Origin: Eledone cirrhosa | Lineage: Eukaryota | Length of the DNA: 64,000 bases | Direction of reading: 5' to 3' | Assembly: GCA_964016885.1 (NCBI GenBank) | Contig: OZ024743.1 | Span: 211,544,001-211,608,000 of the forward strand | In this document: positions 17,350-33,900 of the stretch, piece by piece | Layout: each line of letters opens with the position of its first letter | How positions within the stretch are numbered: position 1 is the first letter of the stretch | Position numbers and translations under genes: made by a program | Notes under the pieces: generated by a model | Told to the model about the DNA's origin: nothing | The model's input: the letters and a program-made list of their open reading frames with translations, nothing else | Databases searched by the model: none

Positions 17350-20300
17350 TGTCATATATACCAGGATTACTGGATATATATCATATATACCAGGATTACT
17401 GGATATATCTCATATACCAGGATTACTGGATATATCTCATATGCCAGGATTACTGGATATATATCATATATACCAGGATTACTGGATATATGTCATATAC
17501 CAGGATTACTGGATATATCTCATATATACCAGGATTACTGGATATATGACATACAGACCAGGATTATTAGATATATGTCATATATACCAGGATTACTGGA
17601 TATATCTCATATATACCAGGATTACTGGATATATGTCATATATACCAGCATTATTGAATATATGTCATATATACCAGGATTACTGGATATATGTCATATA
17701 TACCAGGATTACTGGATATATGTCATATATACGAGGATTACTGGATATATGTCATATATACCAGGATTACTGGATATATCTCATATAACAGGATTACTGG
17801 ATATATCTCATATACCAGGATTACTGGATATATCTCATATGCCAGGATTACTGGATATATATCATATATACCAAGATTACTGGATATATGTCATATACCA
17901 GGATTACTGGATATACCTCATATATACCAGGATTACTGGATATATGACATACATACCAGGATTATTAGATATATGTCATATATACCAGGATTACTGGATA
18001 TATGTCATATATACCAGGATTACTGGATATATGTCATATATACGAGGATTACTGGATATATGTCATATATACCAGGATTATTGGATATATGTCATATATA
18101 CCAGGATTACTGGATATATGTCATATATACCATGAATACTGGATATTACTGGATATATGTCATATATACCAGGATTACTGGATATATGTCATATATACCA
18201 GGATTACTGGATACATGTCATTTATACCAGGAGTATTGGATATATGTCACATATACCAGGATTACTGGATATATGTCATATATACCAGGATTACTGGATA
18301 TATGTCATATATACCAGGATTACTGGATATATGTCATATATACCAGGATTACTGTATATATGTCATATATACCAGGATAACTGGATATATCTCATATATA
18401 CCAGGATTACTGGATATATGTCATATATACCAGGATTACTGGATATATGTCATATATACCAGGATTACTGGATATATGTCATAAATACCAGGATTTCTGG
18501 ATATATCTCATATATACCAGGATTACTGGATATATGTCATATATCCAGTAATCCTAGTATATATGACATATATACCAAGATTACTGGATATATGTCATAT
18601 ATACCAGGATTACTGGATATATGTCATATATAGCAGGATTACTGCATATATGTCATATATACCAGGATTACTGGATATATGTCATATACACCAGGTTTTT
18701 TGGATATATGTCATATATACCAGTATTAGTGGATATATGTCATATATACTAGGATTACTGGATATATGTAATATATACCAGGATTACTGGATATATGTCA
18801 TATATACCTGGATTACTGGATATATGTCATATATACCAGGATTACTGGATATATGTCATATATACCAGGATTACTGGATATATGTCATATATACCAGCAT
18901 TACTGGATATATCTCATATATACCAGGATTACTGGATATATGTTATATATACCAGGATTACTGGATATATCTCATATACCAGGATTACTGGATATATCTC
19001 CTATACCAGGATTACTGGATATATCTCCTATACCAGGATTCCTGGATATATATCATATATACCAGGATTACTGGATATATGTCATATACCAGGATTACTG
19101 GATATATCTCATATTTACCAAGATTACTGGATATATGACATATATACCAGGATTATTAGATATATGTCATATATACCAGGATTACTGGAAATATGTCATA
19201 TATACCAGGATTACTGGATATATGTCATATATACCTGGATTACTGGATATATGTCATATATACCAGAATTACTGGATATATGTCATATATACCAGGATTA
19301 ATGGATATATCTCACATATACCAGGATTACTGGATATATGTCATATATACCAAGAATACTGGATATATGTCATATATACCAGGATAACTGGATATATCTC
19401 ATATATACCAGGATTACTGGATATATGTCATATATACCAGGAATACTGGATATATGTCATATATACCAGGATTACTGGATATATGTCATATATACCAGGA
19501 TTACTGGATATATGTCATATATACTAGGATTACTGGATATATCTGATATATACCAGGATTACTGGATATATGTCATATATACCAGGATTACTGGATATAT
19601 GTCATATATACCAGGAATACTGGATATATGTCGTATTTACCAGGATTACTGGATATATGTCATATATACCAGGATTACTGGATATATGTCATATATACCT
19701 GGATTACTGAATATATGTCATATATATAAGGAATACTGGATATATGTCATATATACCAGGATTACTGGATATGTCTCATATATAGCAGGATTACTGGATA
19801 TATGTCATATATACTAGGATTACTGGTTATATCTCATATACCAGGATCACTGGATATATCTCATATACCAGGATTACTGGATATATCTCATATACCAGGA
19901 TTACTGGATATATCTCATATACCAGGATTACTGGATATATATCATATATGCCAGGATTACTGGATATATGTCATATACCAGGATTACTGGATATGTCTCA
20001 GATATACCAGAATTACTGGATATATGACATATATACCAGGATTATTAGATATATGTCATATATACCAGGATTACTGGATATGTCATATATACCAGGATTA
20101 CTGGATATATGTCATATATACTAGGATTACTGGATATGTCATATATACCAGGATTACTGGATATATGTCATATATACCAGGATTACTGGATATATGTCAT
20201 ATATCCAGTAATCCTAGTATATATGACATATATACCAGGATTACTGGATATATGTCATATATACCAGGATTACTGGATATATGTCATATATACCAGGATT

Positions 20301-23300
20301 AGTGGATATATGTCATCTATACCAGGATTACTTGATATATCTCATACATACCAGAATTACTGGATATGTCATATATACCAGGATTACTGGATATATGTCA
20401 TATATACCAGGATTACTGGATATATGTCATATATACCAGGATTACTGGATATATGTCATATATACCAGGATTACTGTATATATGTCATATATACCAGGAT
20501 TACTGGATATATGTCATACATACCAGAATTACTGGATATATGCCATATATACCAAGATTACTGGATATATGTCATATATACCAGGATTACTGGATATATC
20601 CCATATATACCAGGATTACTGGATATATGTCATATATACAAGGAATACTGGATATATGTCATATATACCAGGATTACTGGATATATCTCACATATACCAG
20701 GATTACTGGATATATGTCATATATACCAGGAATACTGGATATATGTCATATATACCAGGATTACTGGATATATCTCATATATACCAGGATTACTGGATAT
20801 ATGTCATATATATCAGGAATACTGGATATATGTCATATATACCAGGAATACTGGATATATGTCATATATACCAGGATTACTGGATATATCTCATATACCA
20901 GGATTACTGGATATATCTCATATGCCAGGATTACTGGATATATATCATATATACCAGGATTACTGGATATATGTCATATACCAGGATTACTGGATATATC
21001 TCATATATACCAGGATTACTGGATATATGACATACATACCAGGATTATTAGATATATGTCATATATACCAGGATTACTGGATATATCTCATATATACCAG
21101 GATTACTGGATATATGTCATATATACCAGCATTATTGAATCTATGTCATATATACCAGGATTACTGGATATATGTCATATATACCAGGATTACTGGATAT
21201 ATGTCATATATACGAGGATTACTGGATATATGTCATATATACCAGGATTACTGGATATAAGTCATATATACCTGGATTACTGGATATATGTCATATATAC
21301 CAGGAATACTGGATATATGTCATATATACCAGGATTACTGAATATATCTCAAATACCAGGATTACTGGATATATCTCATATAACACGATTACTGGATATA
21401 TCTCATATACCAGGATTACTGGATATATCTCATATGCCAGGATTACTGGATATATATCATATATACGAGGATTACTGGATATATGTCATATACCAGGATT
21501 ACTGGATATATCTCATATATACCAGGATTACTGGATATATGACATACATACCAGGATTATTAGATATAGTCATATATACCAGGATTACTGGATATATCTC
21601 ATATATACCAGGATTACTGGATATATGTCATATATACCAGCATTATTGAATATATGTCATATATACCAGGATTACTGGATATATGTCATATATACCAGGA
21701 TTACTGGATATATGTCATATATACGAGGATTACTGGATATATGTCATATATACCAGGATTATTGGATATATGTCATATATACCAGGATTACTGGATATAT
21801 GTCATATATACCATGAATACTGGATATTACTGGATATATGTCATATATACCAGGATTACTGGATATATGTCATATATACCAGGATTACTGGATACATGTC
21901 ATTTATACCAGGAGTATTGGATATATGTCACATATACCAGGATTACTGGATATATGTCATATATACCAGAATTACTGGATATATGTCATATATACGAGGA
22001 TTACTGGATATATGTCATATATACCAGTATTATTGGATATATGTCATATATACCAGGATTACTGGATATATGTCATATATACCAGGATTACTGTATATAT
22101 GTCATATATACCAGGATTACTGGATATATCTCATATATACCAGGATTACTGGATATATGTCATATATACCAGGATTACTGGATATATGTCATATATACCA
22201 GGATTACTGGATATATATCATATATACCAGGATTACTGGATATATCTCATATACCAGGATTACTGGATATATCTCATATGCCAGGATTACTGGATATATA
22301 TCATATATACCAGGATTACTGGATATATGTCATATACCAGGATTACTGGATATATCTCATATATACCAGGATTACTGGATATATGACATACAGACCAGGA
22401 TTATTAGATATATGTCATATATACCAGGATTACTGGATATATCTCATATATACCAGGATTACTGGATATATGTCATATATACCAGCATTATTGAATATAT
22501 GTCATATATACCAGGATTACTGGATATATGTCATATATACCAGGATTACTGGATATATGTCATATATACGAGGATTACTGGATATATGTCATATATACCA
22601 GGATTACTGGATATATCTCATATAACAGGATTACTGGATATATCTCATATACCAGGATTACTGGATATATCTCATATGCCAGGATTACTGGATATATATC
22701 ATATATACCAAGATTACTGGATATATGTCATATACCAGGATTACTGGATATATCTCATATATACCAGGATTACTGGATATATGACATACATACCAGGATT
22801 ATTAGATATATGTCATATATACCAGGATTGCTGGATATATCTCATATATACCAGGATTACTGGATATATCTCATATATACCAGCATTATTGAATATATGT
22901 CATATATACCAGGATTACTGGATATATGTCATATATACCAGGATTACTGGATATATGTCATATATACGAGGATTACTGGATATATGTCATATATACCAGG
23001 ATTATTGGATATATGTCATATATACCAGGATTACTGGATATATGTCATATATACCATGAATACTGGATATTACTGGATATATGTCATATATACCAGGATT
23101 ACTGGATATATGTCATATATACCAGGATTACTGGATACATGTCATTTATACCAGGAGTATTGGATATATGTCACATATACCAGGATTACTGGATATATGT
23201 CATATATACCAGGATTACTGGATATATGTCATATATACCAGGATTACTGGATATATGTCATATATACCAGGATTACTGTATATATGTCATATATACCAGG

Positions 23301-26300
23301 ATAACTGGATATATCTCATATATACCAGGATTACTGGATATATGTCATATATACCAGGATTACTGGATATATGTCATATATACCAGGATTACTGGATATA
23401 TGTCATAAATACCAGGATTTCTGGATATATCTCATATATACCAGGATTACTGGATATATGTCATATATCCAGTAATCCTAGTATATATGACATATATACC
23501 AAGATTACTGGATATATGTCATATATACCAGGATTACTGGATATATGTCATATATAGCAGGATTACTGCATATATGTCATATATACCAGGATTACTGGAT
23601 ATATGTCATATACACCAGGATTTTTGGATATATGTCATATATACCAGTATTAGTGGATATATGTCATATATACTAGGATTACTGGATATATGTAATATAT
23701 ACCAGGATTACTGGATATATGTCATATATACCTGGATTACTGGATATATGTCATATATACCAGGATTACTGGATATATGTCATATATACCAGGATTACTG
23801 GATATATGTCATATATACCAGGATTACTGGATATATCTCATATATACCAGGATTACTGGATATATGTTATATATACCAGGATTACTGGATATATCTCATA
23901 TACCAGGATTACTGGATATATCTCCTATACCAGGATTACTGGATATATCTCCTATACCAGGATTCCTGGATATATATCATATATACCAGGATTACTGGAT
24001 ATATGTCATATACCAGGATTACTGGATATATCTCATATTTACCAAGATTACTGGATATATGACATATATACCAGGATTATTAGATATATGTCATATATAC
24101 CAGGATTACTGGAAATATGTCATATATACCAGGATTACTGGATATATGTCATATATACCTGGATTACTGGATATATGTCATATATACCAGAATTACTGGA
24201 TATATGTCATATATACCAGGATTAATGGATATATCTCACATATACCAGGATTACTGGATATATGTCATATATACCAAGAATACTGGATATATGTCATATA
24301 TACCAGGATAACTGGATATATCTCATATATACCAGGATTACTGGATATATGTCATATATACCAGGAATACTGGATATATGTCATATATACCAGGATTACT
24401 GGATATATGTCATATATACCAGGATTACTGGATATATGTCATATATACTAGGATTACTGGATATATCTGATATATACCAGGATTACTGGATATATGTCAT
24501 ATATACCAGGATTACTGGATATATGTCATATATACCAGGAATACTGGATATATGTCGTATATACCAGGATTACTGGATATATGTCATATATACCAGGATT
24601 ACTGGATATATGTCATATATACCTGGATTACTGAATATATGTCATATATATAAGGAATACTGGATATATGTCATATATACCAGGATTACTGGATATGTCT
24701 CATATATAGCAGGATTACTGGATATATGTCATATATACTAGGATTACTGGATATATCTCATATACCAGGATCACTGGATATATCTCATATACCAGGATTA
24801 CTGGATATATCTCATATACCAGGATTACTGGATATATCTCATATACCAGGATTACTGGATATATATCATATATGCCAGGATTACTGGATATATGTCATAT
24901 ACCAGGATTACTGGATATGTCTCAGATATACCAGAATTACTGGATATATGACATATATACCAGGATTATTAGATATATGTCATATATACCAGGATTACTG
25001 GATATGTCATATATACCAGGATTACTGGATATATGTCATATATACTAGGATTACTGGATATGTCATATATACCAGGATTACTGGATATATGTCATATATA
25101 CCAGGATTACTGGATATATGTCATATATCCAGTAATCCTAGTATATATGACATATATACCAGGATTACTGGATATATCTCAGATATACCAGGATTACTGG
25201 ATATATGTCATATATACCAGGATTAGTGGATATATGTCATATACACCAGGATTACTGGATATATCTCATACATACCAGGATTACTGGATATATGTCATAT
25301 ATACCAGGATTACTGGATATATGTCATATATACCAGGATTACTGGATATATGTCATATATACCAGGATTAGTGGATATATGTCATCTATACCAGGATTAC
25401 TTGATATATCTCATACATACCAGAATTACTGGATATGTCATATATACCAGGATTACTGGATATATGTCATATATACCAGGATTACTGGATATATGTCATA
25501 TATACCAGGATTACTGGATATATGTCATATATACCAGGATTACTGTATATATGTCATATATACCAGGATTACTGGATATATGTCATATAGACTAGGATTA
25601 CTGGATATATGTCATATGTACCAGGATTACTGGATATATGCCATATATACCAGGATTACTGGATATATCTCATATATACCAGGATTACTGGATATATTCT
25701 TATATATACCAAGAATACTGGATATATGTCATATATACCAGGATTACTGGATATATGTCATACATACCAGAATTACTGGATATATGCCATATATACCAAG
25801 ATTACTGGATATATGTCATATATACCAGGATTACTGGATATATCCCATATATACCAGGATTACTGGATATATGTCATATATACAAGGAATACTGGATATA
25901 TGTCATATATACCAGGATTACTGGATATATCTCACATATACCAGGATTACTGGATATATGTCATATATACCAGGAATACTGGATATATGTCATATATACC
26001 AGGATTACTGGATATATCTCATATATACCAGGATTACTGAATATATGTCATATATACCAGGAATACTCTATATATGTCATATATACCAGGATTACTGGAT
26101 ATATGTCTATTATCCCAGGATTACTGGATATATGTCATATATATCAGGAATACTGGATATATGTCATATATACCAGGAATACTGGATATATGTCATATAT
26201 ACCAGGATTACTGGATATATCTCATATACCAGGATTACTGGATATATCTCATATGCCAGGATTACTGGATATATATCATATATACCAGGATTACTGGATA

Positions 26301-27900
26301 TATGTCATATACCAGGATTACTGGATATATCTCATATATACCAGGATTACTGGATATATGACATACATACCAGGATTATTAGATATATGTCATATATACC
26401 AGGATTACTGGATATATCTCATATATACCAGGATTACTGGATATATGTCATATATACCAGCATTATTGAATCTATGTCATATATACCAGGATTACTGGAT
26501 ATATGTCATATATACCAGGATTACTGGATATATGTCATATATACGAGGATTACTGGATATATGTCATATATACCAGGATTACTGGATATAAGTCATATAT
26601 ACCTGGATTACTGGATATATGTCATATATACCAGGAATACTGGATATATGTCATATATACCAGGATTACTGAATATATCTCAAATACCAGGATTACTGGA
26701 TATATCTCATATAACACGATTACTGGATATATCTCATATACCAGGATTACTGGATATATCTCATATGCCAGGATTACTGGATATATATCATATATACGAG
26801 GATTACTGGATATATGTCATATACCAGGATTACTGGATATATCTCATATATACCAGGATTACTGGATATATGACATACATACCAGGATTATTAGATATAG
26901 TCATATATACCAGGATTACTGGATATATCTCATATATACCAGGATTACTGGATATATGTCATATATACCAGCATTATTGAATATATGTCATATATACCAG
27001 GATTACTGGATATATGTCATATATACCAGGATTACAGGATATATGTCATATATACGAGGATTACTGGATATATGTCATATATACCAGGATTATTGGATAT
27101 ATGTCATATATACCAGGATTACTGGATATATGTCATATATACCATGAATACTGGATATTACTGGATATATGTCATATATACCAGGATTACTGGATATATG
27201 TCATATATACCAGGATTACTGGATACATGTCATTTATACCAGGAGTATTGGATATATGTCACATATACCAGGATTACTGGATATATGTCATATATACCAG
27301 AATTACTGGATATATGTCATATATACGAGGATTACTGGATATATGTCATATATACCAGTATTATTGGATATATGTCATATATACCAGGATTACTGGATAT
27401 ATGTCATATATACCAGGATTACTGTATATATGTCATATATACCAGGATTACTGGATATATCTCATATATACCAGGATTACTGGATATATGTCATATATAC
27501 CAGGATTACTGGATATATGTCATATATACCAGGATTACTGGATATATGTCATAAATACCAGGATTTCTGGATATATGTCATATATACCAGGATTACTGGA
27601 TATATGTCATATATCCAGTAATCCAAGTATATATGACATATATACCAAGATTACTGGATATATGTCATATATACCAGGATTACTGGATATATGTCATATA
27701 TAGCAGGATTACTGCATATATGTCATATATACCAGGATTACTGGATATATGTCATATACACCAGGATTTTTGGATATATGTCATATATACCAGTATTAGT
27801 GGATATATGTCATATATACTAGGATTACTGGATATATGTAATATATACCAGGATTACTGGATATATGTCATATATACCAGGATTACTGGATATATGTCAT
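17350..27900 (+). repeat. ~5-kb higher-order tandem repeat, a little over two copies
   Basis: ORF pairs 18002/22926, 18157/23081, 18563/23487 and 19802/24726 (offset 4,924); 21172/26503 and 21654/26985 (offset 5,331). Confidence 0.9.
18130..18168 (+). repeat. 39-bp variant monomer with a 10-bp internal duplication (example)
   Basis: CCATGAATACTGG-ATATTACTGG-ATATATGTCATATATA. Also near 107, 13293, 21811, 23054, 27142, 35821, 38983, 42835, 52469, 53977, 57883, 59949 and 61567. Confidence 0.9.
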
Positions 27901-30900
27901 ATATACCAGGATTACTGGATATATGTCATATATACCAGGATTACTGGATATATGTCATATATACCAGGATTACTTTATATATGTCATATATACCAGGAAT
28001 ACTGGATATATGTCATATATACCAGGATTACTGGATATATGTCATATATACCAGTATTACTGGATATATGTCATATATACCAGGATTACTGGATATATGT
28101 CATATATACCAGGATTACTGGATATATGTCATATATACCAGGATTACTGCATATATGTCATATATACCAGGATTACTGGATATATGTCATATACACCAGG
28201 ATTTTTGGATATATCTCATATATACCAGGATTACTGGATATATGTCATATATACCAGGATTACTGGATATATGTCATATATATTAGGAGTACTGGATATA
28301 TCTGATATATACCAGGATTACTGGATATATGTCATATATACCAGGATTACTGGATATATGTCATATATACCAGGATTACTGGATATATGTCATATATACC
28401 AGGATTACTTTATATATGTCATATATACCAGGAATACTGGATATATGTCATATATACCAGGATTACTGGATATATGTCATATATACCAGTATTACTGGAT
28501 ATATGTCATATATACCTGGATTACTGGATATATGTCATATATACCAGGATTACTGAATATATGTCATATATACCATACTGGATATATGTCATATATACCA
28601 GGATTAATGGATATATCTCATATATACCAGGATTACTGGATATATGTCATATATACAAGGATTACTGGATATATCTCATATACCAGGATTACTGGATATA
28701 TCTCATATACCAGGATTACTGGATATATCTCATATATCAGGATTACTGGATATATATCATATATACCAGGATTACTGGATATATGTCATATACCAGGATT
28801 ACTGGATATATCTCAGATATACCAGGATTACTGGATATATGACATATATACCAGGATTATTAGATATATGTCATATATACCAGGATTACTGGATATGTCA
28901 TATATACCAGGATTACTGGATATATGTCATATATACTAGGATTACTGGATATGTCATATATACCAGGATTACTGGATATATGTCATATATCCATTAATCC
29001 TAGTATATATGACATATATACCAGGATTACTGGATATATGTCATATTCCAGGATTACTGGATATATCTCAGATATACCAGGATTACTGGATATATGTCAT
29101 ATATACCAGGATTAGTGGAGATATGTAATATACACAAGGATTACTGGATATATCTCATACATACCAGGATTACTGGATATATGTCATATATACCAGGATT
29201 ACTGGATATATGTCATATATACCAGGATTACTGGATATATCTCATATATACCAGGATTACTGGATATATGTCATATATACCAGGATTACTGGATATATGT
29301 CATATATACCAGGATTACTGGATATATGTCATATATACCAGGATTACTGGATGTATGTCATATATACCTGGATTACTGGATATATCTCATATATACCAGG
29401 AATACTGGATATATGACATATATACCAGGATTACTGGATATATCTCATATATACCAGGATTACTGGATATATGTCATATATACCAGGATTACTGGATATA
29501 TGTCATATATACCAGGATTAGTGGATATATGTCATATATACCTGGATTACTGGATATATCTCATATATACCCGGATTACTGGATATATGTCATATATATA
29601 CCAGGATTACTCGATATATGTCATATATACCAGGATTACTGTATATATCTCATATATACCAGGATTAATGGTTATATGTCATATATACCAGGATTACTGG
29701 ATATATGTTATATATACTAGGATTACTGGATATATGTCATATATACCAGGATTACTGGATATATGTCATATATACTAAGATTACTGGATATATCTCATAT
29801 ATACCAGGATTACTGGATATATGTCATATATACCAGGATTACTGGATATATGTCATATATAGCAGGATTACTGCATATATGTCATATATACCAGGATTAC
29901 TGGATATATGTCATATACACCAGGATTTTTGGATATATGTCATATATACCAGTATTAGTGGATATATGTCATATATACTAGGATTACTGGATATATGTAA
30001 TATATACCAGGATTACTGGATATATGGCATATATACCAGGATTACTGGATATATGTCATATATACCAGGATTACTGGATATATGTCATATATACCAGGAT
30101 TACTGGATATATCTCATATATACCAGGATTACTGGATATATGTCATATATACCAGGATTACTGGATATATCTCATATACCAGGATTACTGGATATATCTC
30201 ATATACCAGGATTACTTGATATATCTCCTATACCAGGATTACTGGATATATATTATATATACCAGGATTACTGGATATATGTCATATACCAGGATTTCTG
30301 GATATATCTCATATATACCAAGATTACTGGATATATGACATATATACCAGGATTATTAGATATATGTCATATATACCAGGATTACTGGATATATGTCATA
30401 TATACCAGGATTACTGGATATATGTCATATATACTAGGATTACTGGATATGTCATATATACCAGGATTACTGGATATATGTCATATAGACCAGGATGACT
30501 GGATATATGTCATATATACCAGGATTACTGGATATATGTCATATATATCAGGATTACTGGATATATGTCATATATACCTGGATTACTGGATATATGTCAT
30601 ATATACCAGATTACTGGATATATGTCATATATACCAGCAATACTGTATATATGTCATATATACCAGGATTACTGGATATATCTCATATATACCAGGATTA
30701 CTGGATATATGTAATATATACGAGGATTACTGGATATATGTCATATACCAGGATTACTGGATATATCTCATATATACCAAGATTACTGGATATATGACAT
30801 ATATACCAGGATTATTCGATATATGTCATATATACCAGGATTACTGGAAATATGTCATATATACCAGGATTACTGGATATATGTCATATATACTAGGATT

Positions 30901-33900
30901 ACTGGATATGTCATATATACCAGGATTACTGGATATATGTCATATAGACCAGGATTTACTGGATATATGTCATGTCTACCAGGATTACTGGATATATGTC
31001 ATATATACCAGGATTACTGGATATATTGTCATATATACCAGGATTACTGGATATATGTCATATTACCTGGATTACTGGATATATGTCATATATACCAGTA
31101 TTACTGGATATATGTCATATATACCAGGATTAATGGATATATGTCATATATACGAAGATTACTGGATATATGTCATATATACCAGGATAACTGGATATAT
31201 CTCATATATACCAGGATTACTGGATATATGTCATATATAACATGAATACTGGATATATGTCATATAGACCAGGATTACTGGATATATGTCATATATACCA
31301 GGATTACTGGATATATGTCATATATACCAGGATTACTGGATATATGTCATATATACCTGGATTACTGGATATATGTCATATATACCAGGAATACTGGATA
31401 TATGACATATATACCAGGATTACTGGATATATCTCATATATACCAGGATTAGTGGATATATGTCATATATACCAGGATTACTGGATATATGTCAATATAT
31501 ACCAGGATTAGTGGATATATGTCATATATACCAGGATTACTGGATATATCTCATATATACCCGGATTACTGGATATATGTCATATATACCAGGATTACTG
31601 GATATATGTCATATATACCAGGATTACTGGATATATTTCATATATACGAGGATTACTGAATATCTGCCATATATACCAGGATTAGTGGATATATCTCATA
31701 TATACCATGATTACTGGATATATGTCATATATACCAGCATTGCTGGATATATGTCATATGATACTAGGATTACTGGTTATGTCATAATATACCAGGATTA
31801 CTGGATATATCTCATATATACCAGGATTAATGGTTATATGTCATATATACCAGGATTACTGGATGTATGTCATATATACTAGGATTACTGGCTATGTCAT
31901 ATATACCAGGATTACTGGATATATGTCATATATACCAGGATTACTGGATATATGTCATATATATTAGGAGTACTGGATATATCTGATATATACCAGGATT
32001 ACTGGATATATGTCATATATACCAGGATTACTGGATATATGTCATATATACCAGGATTACTGGATATATCTCATTATATACCTAGGATTACTGGGATATA
32101 TGTCATATATACCAGGATTACTTTATATATGTCATATATACCAGGAATACTGGATATATGTCATATATACCAGGATTACTGGATATATGTCATATATACC
32201 AGTATTACTGGATACATGTCATATATACCTGGATTACTGGATATATGTCATATATACCAGGATTACTGAATATATGTCATATATACCAGGAATACTGGAT
32301 ATATGTCATATATACCAGGATTAATGGATATATCTCATATATACCAGGATTACTGGATATATGTCATATATACAAGGATTACTGGATATATCTCATATAC
32401 CAGGATTACTGGATATATCTCATATACCAGTGATTACTGGATATATCTCATATATCAGGATTACTGGATATATATCATATATACCAGGATTACTGGATAT
32501 ATGTCATATACCAGGATTACTGGATATATCTCAGATATACCAGGATTACTGGATATATGTCATATATACCAGGATTACTGGATATATGTCATATATCCAT
32601 TAATCCTAGTATATATGACATATATACCAGGATTACTGGATATATGTCATATTCCAGGATTACTGGATATATCTCAGATAATACCAGGATTACTGGATAT
32701 ATGTCATATATACCAGGATTAGTGGAGATATGTAATATACACAAGGATTACTGGATATATCTCATACATACCAGGATTACTGGATATATGTCATATATAC
32801 CAGGATTACTGGATATATGTCATATATACCTAGGATTACTGGATATATCTCATATATACCAGGATTACTGGATATATGTCATATATACCAGGATTACTGG
32901 ATATATGTCATATATACCAGGATTACTGGATATATGTCATATATACCAGGATTACTGGATATATGTCAATATACCTGGATTACTGGATATATCTCATATA
33001 TACCAGGAATACTGGATATATGACATATATACCAGGATTACTGGATATATCTCATATATACCAGGATTACTGGATATATGTCATATATACCAGGATTACT
33101 GGATATATGTCATATATACCAGGATTAGTGGATATATGTCATATATACCTGGATTACTGGATATATCTCATATATACCCGGATTACTGGATATATGTCAT
33201 ATATATACCAGGATTACTCGATATAATGTTCATATATACCAGGATTACTGGATATTATCTCATATATACCAGGATTAATGGTTATATGTCATATATACCA
33301 GGATTACTGGATATATGTTATATATACTAGGATTACTGGATATATGTCATATATACCAGGATTACTGGATATATGTCATATATACTAGGATTACTGGATA
33401 TATCTCATATATACCAGGATTACTGGATATATGTCATATATACCAGGATTACTGTATATATGTCATATATACCAGGATTACTGGATATATGCCATATATA
33501 CCAAAATTACTGGATATATCTCATGTATACCAGGAATACTGGATATATGTCATATATACCAGGATTACTGAATATATGTCATATATACTAGGATTACTGG
33601 ATATGTCATATATACCAGGATTACTGGATATATGTCATATATACCAGGATTACTGGATATATGTCATATATACTAGGAGTACAGGATATATCTGATATAT
33701 ACCAGGATTACTGGATATATGTCATATATACCAGGATTACTGGATATATGTCATATATACCAGGATTACTGGATATATCTCATATATACCAGGATTACTG
33801 GATATATGTCATATATACCAGGATTACTTTATATATGTCATATATACCAGGAATACTGGATATATGTCATATATACCAGGATTACTGGATATATGTCATA

